Below, in pieces: positions 36,772 to 46,216 of a stretch of DNA of 64,000 bases (positions within the stretch are counted from its first letter, which is position 1; each line of letters opens with the position of its first letter). This DNA is from Pleomorphochaeta sp. (lineage in GTDB: Bacteria > Spirochaetota > Spirochaetia > Sphaerochaetales > Sphaerochaetaceae). The translations under genes and the position numbers were made by a program. The stretch is from positions 10,841 to 74,840 of the forward strand of contig JAQQAS010000047.1 of NCBI GenBank assembly GCA_028532815.1, given 5' to 3'. The notes under the pieces were generated by a model. The model did no database searches and was not told the DNA's origin. It was given only the letters and a program-made list of their open reading frames with translations.

Positions 36772-36951
36772 TATTTATTAGGAGATACAAAAATAGATTT
36801 AGATTGTTGTGTTGTAGAATGGCCTGGAGTGTATGATCTATTGATTGCTAAAGAAATGATTAACTTACCAGTTGAATATAGAAGTAGAAAATATAGTTTA
36901 AATGAAGAAAGCGAAGATCAAGAAGCTTATAAACAACTAAAATTATTTTGA
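36772..36951 (+). pseudogene. 5'-truncated gene fragment (no start codon) abutting the IS remnant
   Basis: Open frame YLLGDTKIDLDCCVVEWPGVYDLLIAKEMINLPVEYRSRKYSLNEESEDQEAYKQLKLF* begins right after a stop and has no initiator. Confidence 0.4.
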
Positions 36952-36958
36952 GGAATAT

Positions 36959-37270
36959 ATGAGAAAGAAAGTTAAAATTTTTGTTATTGGAAGTAATTAT
37001 GATTTAATCAATGATTTTAAAGAAAAAATGAATAAGAATGGATATTAAGTAGTTAGTTACAAAGATATAAAATTATATAAATTTGAGAAATATAATGAAG
37101 AGGAGAAAATATTAAGAAAAACATTATTTGGAATTACAACTTGTGATGGTGTTACTTCAGTTGAAGATACAGTATTAACCAGTAAGATCATTAAAGTATG
37201 TAATATCTTAGGAATTCCCTATTTATCAGTTCATAATTGGATAGCATATCTGAATAATAGGAATAAATAG
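36959..37270 (+). pseudogene. Small gene with an in-frame TAA (37046-37048)
   Basis: Translation: MRKKVKIFVIGSNYDLINDFKEKMNKNGY*VVSYKD...CDGVTSVEDTVLTSKIIKVCNILGIPYLSVHNW.... GAGG RBS. The frame stays open across the stop for 104 codons. Confidence 0.45.
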
Positions 37271-37289
37271 AATAGTTTAATTTCCATAA

Positions 37290-37317
37290 AGTCCACCTGG
37301 AAGGGTGGCTTTTTTTT
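37290..37317 (+). terminator. Rho-independent terminator
   Basis: CCACC / GGTGG stem, 6-nt loop, then a run of 8 T. Confidence 0.55.
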
Positions 37318-37615
37318 ATGGTTGAAAAGTGTTTATTTTGCGTTTATACTGTGTTTATAAAACACGATATTGCTTAAAACAGCATGATAAAACACGAAAA
37401 AATTGTCATTTTTGCTTAGAAAAGTTGTCAAAAAGCTGGATTTTTTTGTCAAAAATTTTGGAATGTACATTTATAGAGGTGGTGAAAAATTATTAAAAAT
37501 GAATTTGAGGATTTTTAATAATTCTTTTAAATAATCGAAAATATACTTAAGTTTGAGGTAATATAGAAGTAGGTAATTTAAACAAATTTGATTGAGTTTT
37601 ATTGTTTGTGAGATA

Positions 37616-37700
<85 letters not shown>

Positions 37701-37863
37701 AGAATTGATATTTATCGAATGAAAGATACACTAAGATAAAATTCTCGTCAAGTGGGAAATTTAAATCAATAATTAAAAAACAATCCCTATTTTGAATATT
37801 TAATTTAATTATGTATAAAACCCTAGTTGCAAACACCCCAAATGAGGGTTAAACTAATAATAT

Positions 37864-38634
37864 ATGAAAACTTATCAGGAAATTAATTCTAAAGCTTGGG
37901 ATGAAGAGGTTGTTCGAGAAAATTTTTGGACTTTACCAGTTAGTGAAGAAACCATACAAAATGTAAAAAATGGTAAGTTTGATATATATTTAACACCAAC
38001 ATCATTTGTTAAACAAGAATGGGTTAAACCTATTACAAACAAAAAAGTTTTAGCCTTAGCCTGTGCAGGTGGCCAGCAAGCTATAGTATTTGCAGCTGCA
38101 AATAATGATGTGACTGTTTTTGATATTAGTGAAAAACAATTAGAACAAGATCTATTAACAGCTGAAAAGTTTGGTTTAAAAATTAAAACTGTAAAAGGTG
38201 ATATGCAGGATTTATCTGCTTTTCAAGATAATACTTTTGATTGTATCTATAATCCAACTTCAACTTGTTTTATTGAAGACGTTGAAAAAGTTTATAAAGA
38301 ATGTTTTAGAATTTTAAAGCCTAGTGGTGAATTTTTTACAAGTGCAACAAATCCAGCTCTATATTTATTCAAAGAAAAAGATGTTCTAAAGAATAAATTA
38401 AAAATTACATATACAATCCCATACTCTGATTTAAAGAGTTTGAGCAATAAACAAGTTGAAAAAATCATAAAAGAAAAAGATACTTTAGAATTTAGTCATA
38501 CTGTTGATAAACTAATTGGCGGATTAACTAGATGCGGCTTTGCTATTGTAGATTTCTATACTGATTACAGTAGTAATGAAATTCTAGATAGCTTTATTCA
38601 TGATTGTTATTTTGCACTTAGATGCAAAAAATAA
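37864..38634 (+). CDS. Class I SAM-dependent methyltransferase
   Basis: Motif I VLALACAGGQQ, post-I VFDIS, and motif II-like FDCIYN. 256 aa. Confidence 0.7.
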   Translation: MKTYQEINSKAWDEEVVRENFWTLPVSEETIQNVKNGKFDIYLTPTSFVKQEWVKPITNKKVLALACAGGQQAIVFAAANNDVTVFDISEKQLEQDLLTAEKFGLKIKTVKGDMQDLSAFQDNTFDCIYNPTSTCFIEDVEKVYKECFRILKPSGEFFTSATNPALYLFKEKDVLKNKLKITYTIPYSDLKSLSNKQVEKIIKEKDTLEFSHTVDKLIGGLTRCGFAIVDFYTDYSSNEILDSFIHDCYFALRCKK

Positions 38635-38707
38635 TAAATTTTTATTTGTTTTTTTATAAATTATTTATTTAATTATAAGTATAGAGACTTATCAACAAGG
38701 AGAAAAC

Positions 38708-39799
38708 ATGAAAATTGGTATTTTAACTAGTGGAGGGGACTGTCCAGGTCTTAATGCTGTTATTAGAGGATTTAGTAAATATGTATTTAATCAAATGAAG
38801 GACGTAACCCTTTATGGTTTTACCGATGGATATTATGGTTTAATTCATAACGAACATAGAATTTTAAAGAAAGAAGATTTTTCAGGAATTTTGAATGTTG
38901 GTGGTACAATTTTAGGTACTAGTAGACAACCTTATAAACTAATGACAGTCGAAGATAGAAATGGTGACTCCAAAATTGATAAAATGAAAAATACTTATGA
39001 AGAATTAAATTTAGACTTATTAGTTACTTTAGGAGGGGCGGGCACTCATAAAACTGCTGCTCTTCTTTCAAAAGAAGGTTTAAATGTTATTGGTCTTCCT
39101 AAAACTATTGATAATGATATTTGGGGAACTGATGTTACTTTTGGTTTTCACAGTGCAGTAGATATTGCAACTGAGTGTATCGATAGAATTCATACTACTG
39201 CTGCAAGTCATGGTAGAACTATGTTTATAGAATTGATGGGTAATAGGGTTGGTTGGTTAACCCTTTATGCTGGAATTGCAGGCGGTGCTGATGCTATTTT
39301 ATTACCTGAATTCCCATATGATCCTGAAGAAGTAGCTAATTTAATAGAGCAAAGAAACCAAGAAGGACATGCTTTTTCAATTATTGCTATAGCCGAAGGT
39401 GCTATGACTAAAACAGAGAGAAAATTAAAAAAAGATGAAAGAATAGCATACAGAGGAGGTGAAACAACCTCTACTAAAGCTTTAGCTGCTTATATCGAGA
39501 AAAAATGTAATGTAGAAACTAGAATTGTAGTACCAGGACATCTTCAAAGAGGTGGGAATCCTAGTGCATATGATAGATTGTTATCTTCAGAGATGGGAAG
39601 CTTTGCAGGACGTTTAGCTTTAGAGGGCAAATTTGGAACCACTGTAGCTATCAAAGATAATAAAATTACTTATAATAAATTATCAGATATTGCGGGAAAA
39701 ACAAAATTTATTTCAAATAACCACCAAATGATAAATATTGCTAGAGCTATGGGTATCAGTCTTGGAGATGGTAAAAAATATAAACTAGAAGAAATTTAA
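38708..39799 (+). CDS. pfk: 6-phosphofructokinase (phosphoryl donor uncertain)
   Basis: Motifs MKIGILTSGGDCPGLNAVIRG, GLPKTIDNDI and PGHLQRGG. AAGGAG RBS. Confidence 0.85.
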   Translation: MKIGILTSGGDCPGLNAVIRGFSKYVFNQMKDVTLYGFTDGYYGLIHNEHRILKKEDFSGILNVGGTILGTSRQPYKLMTVEDRNGDSKIDKMKNTYEELNLDLLVTLGGAGTHKTAALLSKEGLNVIGLPKTIDNDIWGTDVTFGFHSAVDIATECIDRIHTTAASHGRTMFIELMGNRVGWLTLYAGIAGGADAILLPEFPYDPEEVANLIEQRNQEGHAFSIIAIAEGAMTKTERKLKKDERIAYRGGETTSTKALAAYIEKKCNVETRIVVPGHLQRGGNPSAYDRLLSSEMGSFAGRLALEGKFGTTVAIKDNKITYNKLSDIAGKTKFISNNHQMINIARAMGISLGDGKKYKLEEI

Positions 39800-39820
39800 A
39801 CCTATAAAAAGCTTATATAA

Positions 39821-39877
39821 AAACCCATTATTATTCACTTTTTAATACTGAATACATAATGGGTTTAATTTTTTTTA
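39821..39877. terminator. Bidirectional terminator
   Basis: 11-bp stem AAACCCATTAT / ATAATGGGTTT, large loop, followed by a T-run. Confidence 0.6.
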
Positions 39878-39890
39878 GGCTTTATAAATT

Positions 39891-40745
39891 TTATCCTTTT
39901 ACAGCACCTGCAGTAACACCTTCAATAAATTGTTTTGACATTGAAAGGTATAATGCTAATACAGGAATGGCAGATAGTGTTAGAACAGCTAAAACCTTAG
40001 ACCAGTCAGTTTGATACTGTCCAAATAATCTTGTAACACCTAAAAGTAGGGTTTTACTTTCCTCGTCACTGATAAAGATTAGAGGGAACCATAGATCATT
40101 CCAATAGGGGACAAGATTATAAATAGCTACTGTTGAAAGAGCTGGTTTTATAAGAGGTGTAATAATTAGTGTAAATATTTTAAACCTTGGGGCTCCATCG
40201 ATTATTGCAGCTTGGGTTAATTCTAAAGGTATTTCTCTTATAAACTCTGTTAATACAAAAATTCCAATTGGAATTCCCATAGCTACATATATCGGTATTA
40301 AAGACCAAATGGTATTTAAAAGATTTAAAAACTTCATTATTTCAAGTATTCTAATTGAGGCGATTTTTATAGGGAGCATCATTCCTGCAATTAAAAAGAA
40401 GAATAGAAGTCTAGCTTGTTTTTTTCTCCAAAAAGCAAGGGCATATGCTGCAAGGGATGAAAATATTATCATCAACAATAATGATAATATTACTACTACA
40501 AAACTATTTTTAAAATAAATTAAGAATGAACTATCTTTAAATATTGTAGTGTAGTTTGACAAGTTGAATTTCTTTGGAAGTCCAAAAGGATTAATATAAA
40601 TAGATAGTCTAGTTTTAAAACTATTAATTATTAAAACATAGATAGGAAATAGGACAATAAAACACCAAATAATCATTATTACATGATAGAGAGTATGTCT
40701 GTTATGCTTTTTTAAACTTTTATTTGACATCTTAATTATCTCCAC
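39891..40745 (-). CDS. Carbohydrate ABC transporter permease (MalG/CUT1-type)
   Basis: Six TM helices. EAA-loop-like AAIIDGAPRFKIFTLIITPL. Confidence 0.85.
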   Translation of the reverse strand: MEIIKMSNKSLKKHNRHTLYHVIMIIWCFIVLFPIYVLIINSFKTRLSIYINPFGLPKKFNLSNYTTIFKDSSFLIYFKNSFVVVILSLLLMIIFSSLAAYALAFWRKKQARLLFFFLIAGMMLPIKIASIRILEIMKFLNLLNTIWSLIPIYVAMGIPIGIFVLTEFIREIPLELTQAAIIDGAPRFKIFTLIITPLIKPALSTVAIYNLVPYWNDLWFPLIFISDEESKTLLLGVTRLFGQYQTDWSKVLAVLTLSAIPVLALYLSMSKQFIEGVTAGAVKG

Positions 40746-41661
40746 TTGTATATCTAAGCATAGGAATTACACCTAATAGTAAAACTATAAAAGTTATAGT
40801 GGCTACAGCAGCTCCAAGTCCTGGATCGGCTATAGCAATTGGGTGCTCTCCAGCTATTCCTATTCTATAAAAGAAAGTTCCAAGTAAGTCTGTAGCATAA
40901 TTTGGTGCTCCGTTTACCGTTTCTGTTGCAAATATTATATCAAAGGCATTGAAGTTATTCACAAAGGTTAATATTGTAACCATCCCAATTACAGGTTTTA
41001 TTAGTGGAACTTTTATTTTAGTAAAGGTTTGCCAAGCTGTTGCTCCTTCAATAGATGCAACCTCTAAACAGTCTTTTGGTATATTCTTTAATGCGGCGAT
41101 GAACATCATTGTTGGAATTCCCATCCATTGCCAACACGATATAAGGGAAACTACAACTAAAGCAGTGCTTTTAGTTCCAAGCCAAGGCCTAGCTAAAAAG
41201 CCTAATCCAATCTTAGATAGTGTATCTCCAGCCCAAATTGGATTTAGTAATAGTTTCCAAAGATATCCAGTGACTAACACAGCAAATGTGGTAGGTATGA
41301 AAATTACAGTTTGATAAAAACTTTTTGCTTTCATAGTTCTTGTAGTAATAATTACAGCAAATAAAATTCCTAAACCATTTTGGAAAACCATATTTATTAA
41401 AAAGAATATTATGGTATGAGAAAAAGCTCCTTTGTATCTTACAGATAGAGTTTCATCAGTAAAGAGTTTTTTAAAATTTAAAAATCCAATAAATTCTCTA
41501 TTAGAACTATTGCTTCCTGTATAAAAACTTAATCTAAGAGAGTCCAATAAAGGGTATGCCATAAAAATTATATAAATAAGTAATGCTGGTATAATATATA
41601 AAAGCCAATACCAACCACTAGGTTCAACTGATAGATGTTTATTTTGTTTATTTAATTTCAT
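40732..41661 (-). CDS. Carbohydrate ABC transporter permease (MalF/CUT1-type)
   Basis: Six TM helices. EAA loop EVASIEGATAWQTFTKIKVPL. Overlaps the downstream permease gene. Confidence 0.85.
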   Translation of the reverse strand: MKLNKQNKHLSVEPSGWYWLLYIIPALLIYIIFMAYPLLDSLRLSFYTGSNSSNREFIGFLNFKKLFTDETLSVRYKGAFSHTIIFFLINMVFQNGLGILFAVIITTRTMKAKSFYQTVIFIPTTFAVLVTGYLWKLLLNPIWAGDTLSKIGLGFLARPWLGTKSTALVVVSLISCWQWMGIPTMMFIAALKNIPKDCLEVASIEGATAWQTFTKIKVPLIKPVIGMVTILTFVNNFNAFDIIFATETVNGAPNYATDLLGTFFYRIGIAGEHPIAIADPGLGAAVATITFIVLLLGVIPMLRYTSGDN

Positions 41662-41714
41662 ATTTGAGCCTATAATAGCTGCTAAATTAATTTAGCAGCT
41701 ATATTTCATAAATT

Positions 41715-42959
41715 TTATAAATCTAAATTCTCATAAGCTTTTTGAAGATCATTAGCAGCTTGAGTTGGAGTTATTTCTCCCTTCATTACTTTAATTACAG
41801 CTTGGTCCATAGGACTATAAAGAGCTAATAATACAGGCCAAACAAAACGAGCATCAGTTTCTTTTCCTTCATTTAATGCTAAGAATTCATTTGCTTGTGG
41901 TAATTCAATTGCAATTGGAGCATTAATCATAGGGAAGAAACCTGCAGGTAAGTATTTAGATGCTGTTGTAGCACCTTCAACGGTACATAACCAACTTAAG
42001 AATGCTTTTGCTTCTTCTGGATGCTCTGTGGTTGTATTCATTGTTATAGCCATATCAGGATGGAAACAAATAGCAGTATTATTACCTTTTGGAGCGGGAA
42101 TTGCAAATATTCCCCAATCAAAACCTACACCATCATAAGTTCCAACTGACCAAGATCCATCGATAAACATTGCAGCTTTTGCAGTAGCAAAAAGAGCTTG
42201 TGAATCGTTATATGTTACTGATTCAAATCCTTTAGGACAATATTTTGCTACATCTCTCATTGCAGTAAATGCTTTGATAAATTTCTCATCATTTAATTTC
42301 ATTTCACCAGTTTCATATTTAACTCTTTGATTAGCACCACCAATATAGTTAGGTAAAGCACCTAAGAAGAAAGTTTCTAAGATATCCCATTCATCAGCTA
42401 ATCCGTTTGCTAAAGGTGTTATACCCATGTCTTGTAGCTTTTTACAAGCCATTAAAAAGTCTTCCCAAGTAGTTGGAATATCAATCCCTGCTTTCATAAA
42501 GAAGTCTTTGTTATAATAAACACCGTGAGATACAGCTGCAAAAGGAACTGCAAACATATTACCATCAGGGGCCATCCAAGGAGCCTTATTTGATTTAGTA
42601 AAGTTAGATAAACCTTCAATATCTGAACAGTTTTCAAAATAACCTGCTTGATATAGTTCAATACCTGGTGCATAAGATCTAGCATACATTAAATCTGGAC
42701 CAGTACCTGATTCTAATTGTAACCTAAGTGTTGCATTATAATCAGCGGGGTTTGTAGGTTTAAATTCAATTTCTACATTAGGAGCAACTAAACTATATGC
42801 TTCTAATAAATTATTCATTGCATCGACATCATCGGCTCTCCATGAACCCATTGTTAGTGTAACTTTTTCCATTTTTGTTTCACTACTTCCTGCAGCAAAT
42901 GCGTTAGTAGATAAAGTTAGTAAAACAATTAACATTACAAAAAAAACTTTTTTCTTCAT
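41715..42959 (-). CDS. Extracellular sugar-binding protein of the ABC transporter
   Basis: Signal peptide ending AFA-AG with no lipobox Cys. 414-aa family-1 SBP layout. First gene of the operon. Confidence 0.85.
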   Translation of the reverse strand: MKKKVFFVMLIVLLTLSTNAFAAGSSETKMEKVTLTMGSWRADDVDAMNNLLEAYSLVAPNVEIEFKPTNPADYNATLRLQLESGTGPDLMYARSYAPGIELYQAGYFENCSDIEGLSNFTKSNKAPWMAPDGNMFAVPFAAVSHGVYYNKDFFMKAGIDIPTTWEDFLMACKKLQDMGITPLANGLADEWDILETFFLGALPNYIGGANQRVKYETGEMKLNDEKFIKAFTAMRDVAKYCPKGFESVTYNDSQALFATAKAAMFIDGSWSVGTYDGVGFDWGIFAIPAPKGNNTAICFHPDMAITMNTTTEHPEEAKAFLSWLCTVEGATTASKYLPAGFFPMINAPIAIELPQANEFLALNEGKETDARFVWPVLLALYSPMDQAVIKVMKGEITPTQAANDLQKAYENLDL

Positions 42960-43011
42960 TTTGTAAATCTCTCCTTTTTGTTTTGAACTATAAATAGTAT
43001 TGTAAGTGTTT

Positions 43012-43035
43012 ATTTATTCTGTCAATGAAAAAATA
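43012..43035. repeat. Left arm of a perfect 24-bp inverted repeat (ATTTATTCTGTCAATGAAAAAATA)
   Basis: Exact reverse complement of 43206-43229. Contains TTGACA reading toward the ABC operon. Confidence 0.8.
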
Positions 43036-43205
43036 CTTTATACCATTTTATAAATAATTGGTTTAGTTATTAATTTTTCTGTATCTTTTAATATAATTCT
43101 TTTTATTAAAAGAAATTATCTTTTTGTATTGTAAAAATATTGAAAATAATTACTACACAAAATAATGCATAATTATGTATATATTATATCTTGGAGTAAT
43201 ATTTT

Positions 43206-43229
43206 TATTTTTTCATTGACAGAATAAAT
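43206..43229. repeat. Right arm of the perfect 24-bp inverted repeat (TATTTTTTCATTGACAGAATAAAT)
   Basis: Contains TTGACA (43216-43221), followed 17 nt later by TAATAA. This is a plausible promoter for the ROK gene. Confidence 0.8.
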
Positions 43230-43272
43230 GATTAGCATTAATAATAAATGATATATAAAATAGGATAAAAAA

Positions 43273-44436
43273 ATGGCAAATAGTCAGTATCAAAAGCTCG
43301 TTAATTCCACTCAAATTCTTCAAGAGTTGAGAAATGGACCAAAATCTAGAAGATATTTAGTCCAAAAATTACAAGTTCAACCTTCAACAGTAACTTATTC
43401 TTTAAATAGGTTAAAAGATTTAAACTTAGTTATCTCAAGCAATCTTGTTAGCTTAGATAATCACAAAAAAGGTAGAAAGAGCACACAAGTTTTTTTAAAT
43501 AAAAATGCAGGTGTAGTTTTTGGTGTTGATTTATTAGTTGATGAGTTTAAAGTTATAATCTCTTATTTAGATGGGACTTTATTTACAGAAATTAATGAAG
43601 AATTTAATGATGTAATAATTACAGCTGAAAAAGGAAGTGAAAAACGCTTTTTCCAATGTATAAACTATATTTTATCTATAATTGAAGCTAAGTGTTGTAA
43701 TACAAAAATATTTGGTGGTTGTATATCTGTTGCTGGTATAATTGATTTTGATGGGTTAACAGTAATAAAAAGTTTAACTCATGATATTGTAAATGTTAAT
43801 ATTAAAACTTGTGTTGATAATAAAAAATATCCTGTTTATTTAGAAAATGATGCAAACTGTGCTGCTATAAAATATAGGAAAGATAGCAGTGATAGTTTTT
43901 TATATTCGCTAGTTAGAACATATTATAATCATATCCTTCCAGATGGAGTTCCTTATCTAGGGGTTGGTATGGGAATTATTTTAAATGGAAAATTATATAG
44001 AGGTGGACAATCTAAAGCTGGAGAGTTTGTAAATTTTGTCTATCAAGAAGGAAAACAAAACCGTCAACTAGATATTAATAATGAAGATCTAATGCAATTA
44101 AATGAAAATAAGGCGAGTTTAAATTTATTTATAAATAACTATGTAGACAAACTTTTGTTTACAAATGCTCTATTAAATCCAAGGACTATATATCTTGGAG
44201 GAGATTCTGAGATTTGGAATGATAAGATATTAAAAAGTATTAGTGAAAGATTTCCTGGGAAAAGTGAAGAAGAAATTAAAACAACATTTTGTTTTTCATT
44301 TTTAAACCATACTGAAGATGATATAGCATATGGAGCAAGTCATCTGATGCTAGATTTCTTATTCCATATGCCTTGTATTAATTGTAGTGAACAACATTGG
44401 GAACAAAATTCGTCCCCTCTGTTAAAAGATCTTTAA
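43273..44436 (+). CDS. ROK-family transcriptional regulator (atypical; lacks the Zn-binding Cys motif)
   Basis: N-terminal wHTH (RRYLVQKLQVQPSTVTYSLNRL). ROK glycine motif LGVGMGIILNGKLYRGGQSKAGEF. No H...CxCGxxGC downstream. Confidence 0.7.
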   Translation: MANSQYQKLVNSTQILQELRNGPKSRRYLVQKLQVQPSTVTYSLNRLKDLNLVISSNLVSLDNHKKGRKSTQVFLNKNAGVVFGVDLLVDEFKVIISYLDGTLFTEINEEFNDVIITAEKGSEKRFFQCINYILSIIEAKCCNTKIFGGCISVAGIIDFDGLTVIKSLTHDIVNVNIKTCVDNKKYPVYLENDANCAAIKYRKDSSDSFLYSLVRTYYNHILPDGVPYLGVGMGIILNGKLYRGGQSKAGEFVNFVYQEGKQNRQLDINNEDLMQLNENKASLNLFINNYVDKLLFTNALLNPRTIYLGGDSEIWNDKILKSISERFPGKSEEEIKTTFCFSFLNHTEDDIAYGASHLMLDFLFHMPCINCSEQHWEQNSSPLLKDL

Positions 44437-46205
44437 ATTAAACTTTCAAATTCTTCAAGCATTTGTTTAAAGTGATCTACAGCTGCAACAATAGGATCTT
44501 TCTTAGACATATCAACACCTGCAAGTTTTAAAGTATCGATAGGGAATAAAGAGCCACCACTTTTTAAGAAACTCATATATTGAGTTAGATCATTTTCATC
44601 ACCATTTAATACTTTTTTGCTAAGTGCAATCGCTGCAGAAATACCTGTTGCATATTTGTATACGTAGTATGAGGAGTAGAAGTGAGGAATTCTTAATCCT
44701 TCCATATCACTTAGTTCTAATAGTTCAACATTTTCACCAAAATATTGTTCTAATAGTTTTCTATATTCACTTCTCATAACATCAACTGTAATAGGATTTC
44801 CACTTTCTGCTAATACATGCATAATATGTTCATATTCAGCAAACATAGTTTGTCTAAATAAAGTTGCGATAATATCATCAATTTGTTTGCCTAAGATATA
44901 GGCTTTTTCTTTTTTATCCTTAGCATTATCTATTAAATATTTAGCTAATAATTGTTCATTGAAAGTAGATGCAACTTCAGCTTCAAAAATAGTATAATCA
45001 TGATCAAAATAATTGTTATTCTTAGCACTGTAATAGGAGTGCATAGAGTGACCACCTTCGTGAGCCATGGTGAAAATATCTCTTAAATCATCTTCTTTAT
45101 AATTTAATAAGATATAAGGATAGCTGGTATATGTTCCACTTGAAAAAGCACCACTTCTTTTACCTTCATTTTCATACTTGTCTACCCATCTTTTATCAGT
45201 TAAACCTTCTTTTAGTACAGAAGTATATTCTGTTCCAAGAGGAGCTAAAGCTTTTATTACTAAATCAACAGCTTCATCATAGCTGTGATGAGTTTCATAG
45301 CCTTTAACTAAGGATGTATAAACATCGTAATGCTTAATTTTTTCTTTTCCCATTAATTTAGCTCTAAGCTTATAGTATTTATGAAGTACATCAAAAGAAG
45401 CATGAACTTGTTCAATTAAATTATCATAAACTTTTTCATCAACATTATCATTAAATAACTTTTTACTTCTAGTTGAACTATATCCTCTAACTTTTGATGA
45501 GAAAATATCTTGTCTGATAGATGTTTCATAAGTGTTTGCTAAAGTATATTGATGTTCTTTATAAACATTATAAAGTTGTGTGTATGCTTGTTTTCTTACC
45601 TCTTCATCCTCATCTTTTAAAAAGAGAGAAAAAGTTGATTGAGTTAAAGGTTTTCCATTTATCTCACCAAACTTAAAATCTACATTTGTTAAATCACTAA
45701 ATATTTTACTAGCTTTACTACCAACTTCCATTTGAAGTGCTAGAATTTTCTCTTCTTTTTCACTTAAGATATGCTCTTTTTGTCTTTTTAATCTAAATAA
45801 AGTAACCTTTAAATCTTCAAAGTCTTTATCTTCTAAATATTTGTTAAAGGTATCCTCATCAAGTTTTAAAATTTCACTATCCCAGAATGCAAGAGCTGAA
45901 ACGTATTTAGTGTAAACAGTTGTTACAGCACTCATCATCTTTAGATTTTCTACATCACTAGAATCAGAAGAAGCTTTTAATTGAGCATATTGGAATAAGT
46001 TTTCAAGCTCAATATCACTTTCTTTTAACCAATTAAAGCCATTTAATAAGCTTTCTTTGCTTGTAATTAAGTTACCATTTAAAGCTTGAGCTTCATCAAT
46101 TTTTGTCTCTTCAAATTTGCTTAGAGCTTGGTAAAATTTATCATTATTTTCAAACAATGGGGTTAAATCCCAAGTATCCTTTGTATTAATTTCGCTTCTT
46201 TTCAT
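44433..46205 (-). CDS. pepF: Oligoendopeptidase F (M3B)
   Basis: 590 aa with the zinc motif HEGGHSMH. Typical PepF length. Confidence 0.85.
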   Translation of the reverse strand: MKRSEINTKDTWDLTPLFENNDKFYQALSKFEETKIDEAQALNGNLITSKESLLNGFNWLKESDIELENLFQYAQLKASSDSSDVENLKMMSAVTTVYTKYVSALAFWDSEILKLDEDTFNKYLEDKDFEDLKVTLFRLKRQKEHILSEKEEKILALQMEVGSKASKIFSDLTNVDFKFGEINGKPLTQSTFSLFLKDEDEEVRKQAYTQLYNVYKEHQYTLANTYETSIRQDIFSSKVRGYSSTRSKKLFNDNVDEKVYDNLIEQVHASFDVLHKYYKLRAKLMGKEKIKHYDVYTSLVKGYETHHSYDEAVDLVIKALAPLGTEYTSVLKEGLTDKRWVDKYENEGKRSGAFSSGTYTSYPYILLNYKEDDLRDIFTMAHEGGHSMHSYYSAKNNNYFDHDYTIFEAEVASTFNEQLLAKYLIDNAKDKKEKAYILGKQIDDIIATLFRQTMFAEYEHIMHVLAESGNPITVDVMRSEYRKLLEQYFGENVELLELSDMEGLRIPHFYSSYYVYKYATGISAAIALSKKVLNGDENDLTQYMSFLKSGGSLFPIDTLKLAGVDMSKKDPIVAAVDHFKQMLEEFESLI

Positions 46206-46216
46206 TTATCAATTCC

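Noticed and set aside
36398-36790. The tracked 130-aa ORF as an intact small transposase or integrase gene.
   Set aside because: Only the C-terminal two-thirds resembles the end of IS3 OrfB. The N-terminal part is unrelated hydrophobic read-in sequence, and the DDE catalytic core is missing. It is treated as a remnant.
37329-37451. Interpreting the GTGTTTAT/TTATAAACAC repeats as DnaA boxes and the region as a replication origin.
   Set aside because: The match to TTATCCACA holds only under a very relaxed consensus. No dnaA, dnaN or other origin-linked genes are nearby, and the flanks are mobile-element debris.
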